Under the pieces are notes generated by a model. That model saw nothing but the letters and a program-made list of their open reading frames with translations, was not told where the DNA came from and searched no databases. Below are positions 29,899 to 38,590 of a stretch of DNA of 64,000 bases, one piece after another. Position numbers and translations under genes: made by a program. The stretch covers positions 165 through 64,164 of the IMG/VR virus record IMGVR_UViG_3300029319_000032. One strand, written 5' to 3'. Source of the DNA: a virus (Duplodnaviria; Caudoviricetes). Each line of letters starts with the position of its first letter. The first letter of the stretch is position 1.

Positions 29899-30171
29899 TT
29901 ATTCCTCCATGTTTAAATCGGCAAAATTTGCTCCATTATAACACTCAGAGCATATACCTGTTTTTTCTTCTTCTATGAATGAGTTTCCGAAGGGAAGGGC
30001 TGTACAGCAAGAGCTTTGCCAATCCCTGTCATCACACATTTCACACTTGTCAATAGAGATAGTAGGGCTATCTCCTTTCTTGCTATTTCCACAATAAGAA
30101 CATTGAATTTCAGGAACATACATTCCGTACTTATCACTTTTTTCTTTTTGCACAAATTCTAAATAGCTCAT
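29899..30171 (-). CDS. Cys-rich zinc-finger protein
   Basis: CSYC, CEMC, SCC and CSEC motifs. Confidence 0.6.
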   Translation of the reverse strand: MSYLEFVQKEKSDKYGMYVPEIQCSYCGNSKKGDSPTISIDKCEMCDDRDWQSSCCTALPFGNSFIEEEKTGICSECYNGANFADLNMEE

Positions 30172-30500
30172 TCTTCTTTATCTTTAAATTGTTTAATCAT
30201 CGCAATTAAACTTAAGTAATAATCCTGAGACATAATAGCTAAATCTTCACCTCTGTCTTCACCTACAAATTGTACGTGTATTTCTTTTGTTGGTTTTAAG
30301 TGTTTAGCTAATACTTTTCTTTTCTTACATTGAACATAGATATTATCTTCAATAACCATATCTACTTCTTGAGCTAGACCTCTTGACCTACCATCACTAC
30401 CCCAAGTTCTTTCTGCTTTTAAATCAAATCCTTGTGCTTTTTCAACACACCTTCTTTCGTAATACGTTCCTCTTAATTTATTTTTCGCTGGCATTGTCAA
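30168..30500 (-). CDS. PD-(D/E)XK Holliday-junction-resolvase-like nuclease
   Basis: GTYYER...VDMVI...VQCK pattern. Confidence 0.6.
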   Translation of the reverse strand: MTMPAKNKLRGTYYERRCVEKAQGFDLKAERTWGSDGRSRGLAQEVDMVIEDNIYVQCKKRKVLAKHLKPTKEIHVQFVGEDRGEDLAIMSQDYYLSLIAMIKQFKDKEE

Positions 30501-30738
30501 ACCTTCCTTTCCAGTATTGCATCATCCACAGTTTATCTTTCTTATTATGTCTAATATCCATTCCAGCAAATATCCACCAAGCTCCATACTTTGTTCTAAA
30601 TTCTTCTGCTGTCTCTTTTCTCCATTTGTCGTTTTGAACTACTAGACTTTTTCTTTGTTGTAAATGCTTTGGCACATTTTTTTCTTTTCGTTGTTTCCAA
30701 GCTAATTCTCTTTTGTTTAAATCCATCAAACTCCCCAA
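30478..30738 (-). CDS. Hypothetical protein
   Basis: ORF track; overlaps neighbours in operon fashion. Confidence 0.5.
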   Translation of the reverse strand: MGSLMDLNKRELAWKQRKEKNVPKHLQQRKSLVVQNDKWRKETAEEFRTKYGAWWIFAGMDIRHNKKDKLWMMQYWKGRFDNASEK

Positions 30739-30878
30739 TCGCTTATGTCGTGCTCATCTTCAGATAATCTAATTATCTCATTGTGTCTTCTCTCTTCGTC
30801 ATCAATACGTTTGCGTAGCCATAAATATCCTTTGTAAAAAAAATATAATGTTGTTGCTACTACAATAAAATCAATCAT
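30726..30878 (-). CDS. Small membrane protein (50 aa, MIDFIVVATTLYFFY...)
   Basis: SD AAGGAG; N-terminal hydrophobic helix; below the ORF-track cutoff. Confidence 0.5.
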   Translation of the reverse strand: MIDFIVVATTLYFFYKGYLWLRKRIDDEERRHNEIIRLSEDEHDISDWGV

Positions 30879-30967
30879 GTTTACTCCTTTCAAGTGATGC
30901 GTGGGAATCTAGTATGAGATGTAGTAGATGAGCTAAGAGGTATAAGACCCCCACGCTAAGTTATTAA

Positions 30968-31489
30968 TTAAAACGGCAAATCATCATCCTCCATCACTGC
31001 TTCTTTGCCTCTTGCTTCTGCTTTTAACACCATTTTAACTCTAGGTGTTTTCATATCGTTTCCTTCTCTTCCTACCCACTCTTCTATAATTACTTCCACA
31101 TCAAATAGAAAGCGTTTAAACGACTCTAAGTCAAGCTCTGGTAATATTAGTTTATCATCCTTTTTTTGAACCATATCCATCATATCACAAAGAGCGTGAT
31201 AACCAGCATTACTTCCCATATCACTTTGTAGTTGTGGGTATTTTGCTGGGTCAGGTTTCTTAAATCTAAAAAACCCTTTGTGTTTAACATCCTTACCTTC
31301 AATATCAAACACTGGTTCATAGATGTCAGCTAAAAACTTACCACTAACTACTATGTCTTTCTTTACATTAAGGTCTTTAACCAAAACCTTCTCATATTTA
31401 CCTGGCTTAACAGAACTACCACCACCCTGTGATTTTGGTTCGTACCAAGCATCTTGTCCAAGTATATTATCTAAATCAGTATTATCCAT
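30968..31489 (-). CDS. Single-stranded DNA-binding protein (putative)
   Basis: Acidic C-terminal tail DDDLPF; follows the SSAP gene. Confidence 0.6.
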   Translation of the reverse strand: MDNTDLDNILGQDAWYEPKSQGGGSSVKPGKYEKVLVKDLNVKKDIVVSGKFLADIYEPVFDIEGKDVKHKGFFRFKKPDPAKYPQLQSDMGSNAGYHALCDMMDMVQKKDDKLILPELDLESFKRFLFDVEVIIEEWVGREGNDMKTPRVKMVLKAEARGKEAVMEDDDLPF

Positions 31490-32096
31490 TTTTTACCTCC
31501 TTCTTAGGTTTCTTCTTTTGTAGCTGTTCTACATAGCCATCAAAATTATTTGTGTTTAGTTTTTTACTTCTTATTGCTACTTCAATGCTTTCAACAAAAG
31601 CTTTGTCTCTACCTTCTAACAATGTCATCAAGTAATCATATTGCTCTTTTGATATTTCTTGTGGTTTGTCATCTTCTGGCAAATCTTCGCCCCTATAAAT
31701 ATAAAGACCAAGACCAAATAAAGCAAAACATTTTACCAAACATCTTTTGATAGAGTTGTTAATCTGTGTTGCTGTTGGTTCTTTGATAGCTTTATTATAG
31801 TTATCCATAACAGCATGAACTTCTGTTCTTGTAACACCTTCAATAGTTACAGATACTTTAACAAAACATCCACTATCTGTTATCATATATGGAGCTTTAT
31901 GCCATCCATCCCAATCATTTTTGCTTACAGGTATATCAAATTCGTGAGTTTCCCAGGTAGCATCTGGGTATACAGACAGAACATATTGAACTGCATCACT
32001 CCAAGATAGATAGTCATAATTACCTTTCTTCTCTTTAAACTCATTTACATTTATTTTATTAAGTGTTTCAAACACTGATAGTTTTTTCGTTGCCAT
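31482..32096 (-). CDS. Sak3/DUF1071-like single-strand annealing protein
   Basis: YLSWSDA...INNSIKRCLVKCFALFGLGLYIY-GEDLP signature. Confidence 0.8.
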   Translation of the reverse strand: MATKKLSVFETLNKINVNEFKEKKGNYDYLSWSDAVQYVLSVYPDATWETHEFDIPVSKNDWDGWHKAPYMITDSGCFVKVSVTIEGVTRTEVHAVMDNYNKAIKEPTATQINNSIKRCLVKCFALFGLGLYIYRGEDLPEDDKPQEISKEQYDYLMTLLEGRDKAFVESIEVAIRSKKLNTNNFDGYVEQLQKKKPKKEVKNG

Positions 32097-32307
32097 CGTA
32101 TTCCTCCTCATATAGTTCTATAAATTTATCTACACTCACCCAGCTATCTGAATTACCTTCGTGTACCATTGGTATTCCAGCTGTATCTGGTCTCATCGTA
32201 AAGTCTCCGTAATTATTGCTATTCGCCCAATCCATTAACATAAGGGCAAAGTCCTCTGACCTCACAATATTTTTCACATTTTTTTCCGTTCCAAGTTTCT
32301 TCATCAT
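32068..32307 (-). CDS. Hypothetical protein
   Basis: SD GGAGG; in operon. Confidence 0.5.
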   Translation of the reverse strand: MMKKLGTEKNVKNIVRSEDFALMLMDWANSNNYGDFTMRPDTAGIPMVHEGNSDSWVSVDKFIELYEEEYDGNEKTISV

Positions 32308-33097
32308 TACACCTCCTCGGTATTGTGTTAGTATTTAGATGTTCTAAAAGTGCATCTCTCTTGCTTGTAAAATACGAAACAATCTCTTTATTGTCAACCA
32401 TTGGTATGTTAACAAAATAAATATTTTTATCTACCCCTCTGGCAATAGCTGAATGTGTACCAGCATCTCTGACATTCATTTGTAGTTTCATTGCTTTAAC
32501 TTTATATCCCTTTTTCTCTAATAAATATCTATACATATTTACTTGATACAACCAGTCTCCAAAGTCTGCCTTGCTCTCATCTCTCTGGAACACTTTAACC
32601 TGTTTAAACGTTCCCTTCCTACCCCAAGCTCCTGACTTCTTGTATCGTTCACCTGATGGGTCTGGCATCATAACGTGCGTCATTCCTAATACTTTAGATG
32701 CTTTGAAACTACCTGTGTTTTTATAATCAATAAGGGTTTCTGTATCTTTATCATAAAAGTCTAAAATACCTGTAATATCTAATCCTTCTAGTTTTTCTTC
32801 TTGTATTGCATTGTCATCAAGCTCTTGGCTTTCTAAGTGCAAGTGATGTATAGTTCCCATAACAGCAAATGCCATATCTTGTGGGTCTACATAATATTCT
32901 TCAGTTCTTTTTAGATAAGCCTCACAGGTTCCAGATAATAGCTCTGTTGTGCTTGGAGGTCTGTCGTTTGGTCTCTGGTCTGACATCATCTTTAATGTGG
33001 CTACACTCATACAACGCTCTGACATACGACATTCTTTTAGACATCGTTTAAACGTAATTTGTTCTCCATCTGGACAAATAAATCCTACTGCACTCAT
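32219..33097 (-). CDS. PD-(D/E)XK (Cas4-like) exonuclease
   Basis: GTIHH, GILD...IDYKNT, QVNMY and C-terminal CxxYCxxxxxC; partner of the SSAP. Confidence 0.75.
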   Translation of the reverse strand: MSAVGFICPDGEQITFKRCLKECRMSERCMSVATLKMMSDQRPNDRPPSTTELLSGTCEAYLKRTEEYYVDPQDMAFAVMGTIHHLHLESQELDDNAIQEEKLEGLDITGILDFYDKDTETLIDYKNTGSFKASKVLGMTHVMMPDPSGERYKKSGAWGRKGTFKQVKVFQRDESKADFGDWLYQVNMYRYLLEKKGYKVKAMKLQMNVRDAGTHSAIARGVDKNIYFVNIPMVDNKEIVSYFTSKRDALLEHLNTNTIPRRCNDEETWNGKKCEKYCEVRGLCPYVNGLGE

Positions 33098-33257
33098 AAA
33101 AACTCCTTTTTTAAATTTTTCTGGAGTAGGTCGCCAGACCAATGTATTTGCAAAATTTAATTAACAAAGGTGAACAGGGTTAAAACCTGCAACACTCCTT
33201 TTAAGTGCTATTAAATTTTTATCTACAATATCTACTCCAGACTGAAAATCTATGTAT

Positions 33258-33350
33258 AAAAAATAAAAGAGGCAAGAAATAAATCTTGCCCCTTTCCACA
33301 CACACTAAGGAGTTCAATGAAAACATCATTGAAGTTGTCGAATTGACAAC
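33258..33350 (-). ncRNA. Predicted ~93-nt small RNA with an anti-Shine-Dalgarno seed
   Basis: Promoter upstream, two perfect hairpins, unpaired CUCCUUAGUGUGUGUGG, then an intrinsic terminator (GGCAAGA/UCUUGCC plus U-tract). Confidence 0.65.
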
Positions 33351-33355
33351 GCTTT

Positions 33356-33384
33356 AGTTTAACACCATTACTCTATGGTGTCAA
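33356..33384 (-). promoter_or_regulatory. Strong sigma70-type promoter (TTGACA-17-TAAACT, extended -10 TG)
   Basis: Direct match on the minus strand; no minus-strand ORF follows before the terminator. Confidence 0.75.
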
Positions 33385-33389
33385 ATCAA

Positions 33390-33596
33390 TTATAAATTAT
33401 TTTTTAGATTAATTAGTCTATGACCTTTACTCATATCAAACTCTATATCATAGTCTTGCATCAGTCTCACTATCGCATCTTTTTCGTTTTTAGCTACATA
33501 GTGATAGGTAAATGAGTTTTGCTTTTTTGGTATAAAGAATACAAAACTTGCAAGTTTCCCACTATCAATCTTCTTATATGTTTCAATATCTAGCAT
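33390..33596 (-). CDS. Hypothetical early protein
   Basis: SD GAGG; TTGACC upstream at ~33662. Confidence 0.55.
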   Translation of the reverse strand: MLDIETYKKIDSGKLASFVFFIPKKQNSFTYHYVAKNEKDAIVRLMQDYDIEFDMSKGHRLINLKNNL

Positions 33597-33686
33597 CGTT
33601 AAATCCTCATATTGTTATAGTTATAGTCTCTCGTTAATAATATACATTAGTTTTATGGTCAAAGTCTACTATTATTTTGATGCCGT

Positions 33687-33932
33687 TTAAACGCTCTTTG
33701 CGTTATAGATTTTTTGAATTTCTAACAGCTGTTCAGTGAATGCTTTTATAGTATATGGTATATCAATATATACTTTTTTAAATCCTTTGTCATCTGTTTC
33801 CATTACATAAAACAGCTCTTGCTTTACAATCGGTATTGCATTGCTATCTAGATGGTCTTGTAGTTTTTTTACTTTACCTTCAACAGCATCATTATAGTTT
33901 TTGTTTTGTAGTTCTATATTTTTTTCTTTCAT
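33687..33932 (-). CDS. Hypothetical early protein
   Basis: SD GGAGG; stop codon lies inside a GTTTAAAC palindrome. Confidence 0.6.
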   Translation of the reverse strand: MKEKNIELQNKNYNDAVEGKVKKLQDHLDSNAIPIVKQELFYVMETDDKGFKKVYIDIPYTIKAFTEQLLEIQKIYNAKSV

Positions 33933-34195
33933 TCTGCTACCTCCTGTTCAAAAAGATTACCTTGTTGATGGTCGTAAATTGCATCCCAGCTTTCCCAAGT
34001 GTCTTTTACCTCTTTCTCCACGAACTCAATCTCTTTTAACTCTTTGATAGTCTTACATTCTTCAATCTTATTTACATTTTGCCACATTTCCCTTAAGACC
34101 ATATCATCTCCAACTTCAATCATATTTAAATAGTCATTGAAAAATTCATACTTAGCATTTCTTTTTAATTGTTCTATTAGTTTTATTTTTTTCAT
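33929..34195 (-). CDS. Hypothetical early protein
   Basis: SD GGAGG. Confidence 0.6.
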   Translation of the reverse strand: MKKIKLIEQLKRNAKYEFFNDYLNMIEVGDDMVLREMWQNVNKIEECKTIKELKEIEFVEKEVKDTWESWDAIYDHQQGNLFEQEVAE

Positions 34196-34358
34196 TTTCT
34201 TTTCCTCCTAATAGCTGATTGATTGTCATTTAATTCAATAAATTCATATCCAATTTGTTTAAGTTTTTCTATGTATTTTAATTTAACTTTTGGAAAAAAA
34301 TTACCAAATCTTTTTATTGTTTTGTGGTACGCCAGTGCTTTTTTTGAATTGTCTTCTT

Positions 34359-34607
34359 TCATTCTCTTAGTCCTTTCATTTCATCCCAAGTTTGTATATA
34401 CGAACAATAGCTACAAGCTTTCTTACCTCGTTTAAACGCTGTCTTCGTCATAGTGTTAATTCTGTCTATCAAGGTTATTGCTAACTCTTTACGACCTCTG
34501 ATGATGTCTGCTGTACCATCAGTGATTAAATCTATCTCAGTTTCTGATACAAGCTCTTCATCTAAAAAATCTCTTATTGTATTTAAAATCTCTTTATTCG
34601 TCATCAT
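34359..34607 (-). CDS. Hypothetical early protein
   Basis: SD GGAGG; CSYC motif. Confidence 0.55.
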   Translation of the reverse strand: MMTNKEILNTIRDFLDEELVSETEIDLITDGTADIIRGRKELAITLIDRINTMTKTAFKRGKKACSYCSYIQTWDEMKGLRE

Positions 34608-34950
34608 CTACCTCCTCTTTTGTGGTATCGTTTAAACTACTTATCATATCTATCAAATTGTTTTTCATATTGATGAAAGTATCTGGGTCTTTAAAATCAA
34701 TAGATAAACCTCTTTCTTGAACACTACGCAATCTTGCTGGAACGACTTCAGTATCATTACAAAAATTACAGCATCTTCCGTTTGCCAGTGGCTCAGCATT
34801 GTGTCCATTTGTCCATATTGCTACGCCATTTTTGTACAACACATCAAGGGCATCTCCACAAAGCACGCAGAATTTTTTTGCTTTGCCTACAACTTTTTCG
34901 TTCCACTCTCCGTATCCAGTACGGCTATAAAATTTTATCTTATCGCTCAT
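34594..34950 (-). CDS. Hypothetical zinc-binding early protein
   Basis: CVLC...GHNAEP...GRCCNFCN; own promoter TTGACA-18-TAAACT at ~35032. Confidence 0.65.
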   Translation of the reverse strand: MSDKIKFYSRTGYGEWNEKVVGKAKKFCVLCGDALDVLYKNGVAIWTNGHNAEPLANGRCCNFCNDTEVVPARLRSVQERGLSIDFKDPDTFINMKNNLIDMISSLNDTTKEEVDDDE

Positions 34951-35028
34951 TTCAAACTCCTCTGTTAGTTTTAGTGTTTAGCTAGCTTGCTAGCTCTTTG
35001 TTAGTTTAGCTAGTATGTTAGCAACTTG

Positions 35029-35328
35029 TCAAGCATTTTCTCTTAATTTGCTAATTCTATAATCAAACTCTTCTTCTGTTTCGTTTAAACGCTCTAAGTG
35101 TTTATGGTCATCATAGATTTCTCTAGATAGTTTTCTAACTCTACCTTCTCTGTTATCCTCAGTTCTAAAAACAAACCAGCGTTTAACTTCAGTGGTCTGC
35201 CAAGCCATAGCAATAGCCTCATTTATATCTTCATCAGATAAAAATCCCCTTATTTCAATCTCATATTCACAAGTCCATAATCTAGTTTCTTTTATTTTGT
35301 GTGTTTTGCTCATCATCTCCTCCTTCAT
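35029..35328 (-). CDS. Hypothetical early protein
   Basis: ORF track; SD present (true start probably ~35313). Confidence 0.55.
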   Translation of the reverse strand: MKEEMMSKTHKIKETRLWTCEYEIEIRGFLSDEDINEAIAMAWQTTEVKRWFVFRTEDNREGRVRKLSREIYDDHKHLERLNETEEEFDYRISKLRENA

Positions 35329-35491
35329 CTTTAAATATTACAATGGTTGGTATTACATTCAGTACTTGTTTTTTTGCTTTCTTCAGCAATAAATCACCAG
35401 CACTCATAGTGTGTTCAAATGCCCAGTTAGTGTGTCCATACTTATCTCTGCACATCTCATCAATATAATCAGTAATAAATTTAAATTTCAT
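35282..35491 (-). CDS. Hypothetical early protein
   Basis: SD GGAGG. Confidence 0.55.
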   Translation of the reverse strand: MKFKFITDYIDEMCRDKYGHTNWAFEHTMSAGDLLLKKAKKQVLNVIPTIVIFKDEGGDDEQNTQNKRN

Positions 35492-35979
35492 ACTTCCTCC
35501 TTTGTTATGTTATATAAAAATGTTGGTGGTACAAATACCTCTTGTTCCTGTTCCCAATAAACTAAAAAGTCAAGAGCGTTTAAACGACCTGTGTAAACTA
35601 CTGGTTGTTTGTCTTTCTTGACCTTTGCAAACCTAGTTGCAAACCAATAAGCTCTGTTCTTATCCAGTGTCCAGCTAAAGCCGTGTTCATACTCTCCAAG
35701 AGTACCTCTGTATAAGAGTATCTCATCGTGTTCCATCAGTATATCTTCGTATGTTTCATACTCTTTTGTGTTCATACTAAATCCTATATCATCGTAGTGA
35801 TAAGTTAGTATGTCCTGTAAATCTTTGTTCGTCATCATCGTGTGAACATTATCAATAGCTGTGTAGTCTTGTCTGAAATACTGCCAAAACTTTGATGGGG
35901 CTATCTTGTTCTTAGCTAGGTCTTGAACCATCATAGCTATGCCACCCTGTTGGTAGTAGTTGTTTATTATGTCTTCCAT
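35488..35979 (-). CDS. Hypothetical early protein (LYRG...SWT...A-WFA...E-EV motif, ADP-ribosyltransferase-like pattern)
   Basis: An R...S...ExE arrangement is visible; own promoter and SD GGAGG. Confidence 0.45.
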   Translation of the reverse strand: MEDIINNYYQQGGIAMMVQDLAKNKIAPSKFWQYFRQDYTAIDNVHTMMTNKDLQDILTYHYDDIGFSMNTKEYETYEDILMEHDEILLYRGTLGEYEHGFSWTLDKNRAYWFATRFAKVKKDKQPVVYTGRLNALDFLVYWEQEQEVFVPPTFLYNITKEEV

Positions 35980-36069
35980 ATACCCTCCGTGTGTGTTAGT
36001 GAGTTGCTTGACATTAGCCAATCCTACAACCAATGTCAAGCTATTTATTTGACCTCGTTTAAACGATGC

Positions 36070-36381
36070 CTACAACCATATTGAACATTGATTAGTTTGT
36101 AGCTTGAAGATTTTTCTCCAAGCTCTAATCATTAAGTTCCCTACAATCGTTATTACACTTATCCAAGTAAAGAATAACAAGATGCTTTCCAGAAATATAT
36201 GTCCAGCATTTGTTAAGTATGTGTAGTCGTGATGACTTAATAACAGCACTAAAAATACACATACCATTTGAGAGTAGATAAATACGTTCATCAACACTCT
36301 GTTTGTATTTGTTAAAGTTTTACTTAAATCGTTTCTTAATTCCATTGAGTTTTTGCTCATACCTGTTGTTTTATTATTCAT
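36070..36381 (-). CDS. Early membrane protein (2 TM)
   Basis: SD GGAGG before ATG at 36381; two hydrophobic segments. Confidence 0.55.
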   Translation of the reverse strand: MNNKTTGMSKNSMELRNDLSKTLTNTNRVLMNVFIYSQMVCVFLVLLLSHHDYTYLTNAGHIFLESILLFFTWISVITIVGNLMIRAWRKIFKLQTNQCSIWL

Positions 36382-36394
36382 ATTGCCTCCTTTG

Positions 36395-37306
36395 TTAAGC
36401 ACTAATATATCCACTTCTTGACCAGTTCCAATGTTCTCTATCTTGAACAATGTCTAGGTAAGCTGTCTGAAAGCTCTTTGCTTTTTCATTAACGTAGTAA
36501 GATGGGTCGTATCTATGACCTCTGCTGTCTTTACGCTCTTTCTCATAAGCTTGATAGCTGTCAATCAAGTTGCCTAACATACCAGCAAATCTTGACTGCT
36601 CATCATAAGAGCCCTGTCCTATTACATTGATGCAAAGCTGTCTAGCTTTTCTAAACTTCTTCTTGATAATCACTGGGTCGTTTAAACGGCTCTTGTACAT
36701 TGCTGATAATTTTGCCCAGAACTCTTCTTTGATTTGCTTATCGTCTTTCCACTTCAGATTATTTTCTAGGTGTTGTCTTCTCTCGCTTGCTTTGTCTTGA
36801 GCTGTCATATACGGCATATCTTCTTTCAAAGATAAGTGTAAGTATTTGACCACTAATCCATTTCTATTTATTGCTTTTTTAAGACCAGTAATACTTTGTA
36901 AGCCTCTGATGTTTCTACCAAAAGTATGTGTAGAATAAGAGTAAGAACTTTTACCACATATAGTAGCTGTGTATTCTCTGCCTCCGTGTGCTCCTCTATG
37001 TCTAAGCCAATCCTCTCTATACCACAATGGTTTACCATCTTTAAGTACTAATACAACATCATCTTTGTTAATAGAGATGGTCTCATACCAGTTATGACTA
37101 CGACCTCGTAGCTGTCTCCACTCTGCATCCTCTTGAGCAATAACAAACACGATACCTTCTTTTGATATGGTGTCGTTTAAACGGAGCTCATTGTCTTGCA
37201 ATTTGTTCCAATCTATTCCTAGTTTTGCTCCAAGATTTTTAAACCTTCTTAACTGGCGATTAGCATTCCAATGGCTCAGTTTTAAGTTGTTAATTGTTTT
37301 ATTCAT
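36395..37306 (-). CDS. Hypothetical early protein (303 aa)
   Basis: Promoter TTGACA-17-TAGTAT and SD GGAGG upstream. Confidence 0.75.
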   Translation of the reverse strand: MNKTINNLKLSHWNANRQLRRFKNLGAKLGIDWNKLQDNELRLNDTISKEGIVFVIAQEDAEWRQLRGRSHNWYETISINKDDVVLVLKDGKPLWYREDWLRHRGAHGGREYTATICGKSSYSYSTHTFGRNIRGLQSITGLKKAINRNGLVVKYLHLSLKEDMPYMTAQDKASERRQHLENNLKWKDDKQIKEEFWAKLSAMYKSRLNDPVIIKKKFRKARQLCINVIGQGSYDEQSRFAGMLGNLIDSYQAYEKERKDSRGHRYDPSYYVNEKAKSFQTAYLDIVQDREHWNWSRSGYISA

Positions 37307-37333
37307 AATACCTCCTAGTTTATGTGTTAGCTA

Positions 37334-37362
37334 ATACTATTAAATTCTAAAACAAGTGTCAA
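37334..37362 (-). promoter_or_regulatory. Early sigma70-type promoter
   Basis: TTGACA-17-TAGTAT; spacer motif shared with promoters at ~27247, ~36039 and ~38652. Confidence 0.65.
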
Positions 37363-37380
37363 GATTTTTTTTGACCTCGT

Positions 37381-37599
37381 TTAAACGCTCTCTCCCATTT
37401 GTTTCAGTTGTTTGTTTATTCCATCCAACATTATTTCTGCTTGTGTGTTTTCAGTTTCTAATTTAGCATACTCTTGACTTTCTTCATCATAATATCTTCC
37501 ATCAAAATCCTCAAACTCTGTTTCCATTATTCTCTTGTTGCATTGTATCGTAGTCTCGCAACTCTTTTTTATGCTCATTACTATTGTTTTGTAGTCCAT
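37381..37599 (-). CDS. Hypothetical early protein
   Basis: SD GGAGG; ends within a GTTTAAAC palindrome. Confidence 0.6.
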   Translation of the reverse strand: MDYKTIVMSIKKSCETTIQCNKRIMETEFEDFDGRYYDEESQEYAKLETENTQAEIMLDGINKQLKQMGESV

Positions 37600-37627
37600 A
37601 TTATCCTCCTCTCGTTTAAACGCTCTC

Positions 37628-38173
37628 TTACAACAGCTTAGTGCCTACTCCAAATTTATCTTCTACTAACTCATTGATTTTTTTGACTAAATCTCTGTCA
37701 AACAGATAGGCATTACCAACTAATGGTCTGGTAATAGTGTTGTAGTCTCTGAAAAATAAGTCAGCCTCATCCATTAGTTTTATTGTACTACCTATAACAT
37801 CACTCATACTATCAAACTCTCCATTATTAGCGTAAAATCCAATAACATAATATCCTTCCATATCCTTATTAAATCCTCGCTTTTTGTCGTGAGCCCACTG
37901 CCAGCTGTCTGGCTCTTTTACCAAGTGAAATCCAGCTGTTAGCTCTCTGTCATAAAAAGGTATTTGTTTTACTTTGTTTTCTTCACCAGTAATAGCATCG
38001 TAGTTTGCTAAGTCTGGGCTATAAGCAAATAAATGTTGATTAGCCCAAGGGTGCCCTGGAGGTAAAGCTACATAACCACAGCCCCATCCATTTTTATTTG
38101 TTTCTTGTTTTCTAATAGTCCAGTAGTAAGTTGTACCATCTGCTTTTGTTTCTTTTATCCATCTTTCTTTCAT
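37628..38173 (-). CDS. Hypothetical early protein (GWGCGYVALPPGHPW motif)
   Basis: SD GGAGG; motif type common in phage early proteins. Confidence 0.65.
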   Translation of the reverse strand: MKERWIKETKADGTTYYWTIRKQETNKNGWGCGYVALPPGHPWANQHLFAYSPDLANYDAITGEENKVKQIPFYDRELTAGFHLVKEPDSWQWAHDKKRGFNKDMEGYYVIGFYANNGEFDSMSDVIGSTIKLMDEADLFFRDYNTITRPLVGNAYLFDRDLVKKINELVEDKFGVGTKLL

Positions 38174-38194
38174 ATTGTCCTCCTTAGAGCTCGT

Positions 38195-38590
38195 TTAAAC
38201 GCTCTGTGTTTTATTTTTCTTTGTTCCGTTTTCTTTTCTACCAAACATCCAAGCTTTACTAAAATTGTTCAAGCTGTCCAGTGTCTCTGGGTCTGTTGGT
38301 AAAAAAGACATAAGAAATCTTTTTTGTTCTGCTGTTTGACCCCAAGCATCAACATTATTTATAACTGGTCGCATTGGGTTGCTCTCATCTCTTCCAGCAT
38401 CAGAGTAAAGCATATTTAAAGCCATCTCTGCATCTTCAGTTGTCATATTCAAAGTTATATTTCTTTTTGTAAGATGACAAAATATAGTTAAAGTTTTCTT
38501 TTCGTTTAACTCTTTGATAGCCTCTCTAGTGCTTTGTGCTCTTCCGTTGTAGTCTCTCAAAGCTTTTGTAAATCTTTTAGTTATTTTCAT
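38195..38590 (-). CDS. Hypothetical early protein
   Basis: SD GGAGG before ATG at 38590; ends within a GTTTAAAC palindrome. Confidence 0.65.
   Translation of the reverse strand: MKITKRFTKALRDYNGRAQSTREAIKELNEKKTLTIFCHLTKRNITLNMTTEDAEMALNMLYSDAGRDESNPMRPVINNVDAWGQTAEQKRFLMSFLPTDPETLDSLNNFSKAWMFGRKENGTKKNKTQSV

Noticed and set aside
33317-33346. Plus-strand mini-ORF MKTSLKLSN with SD AAGGAG
   Set aside because: Promoter and terminator polarity point to minus-strand transcription; kept only as an alternative to the sRNA model.
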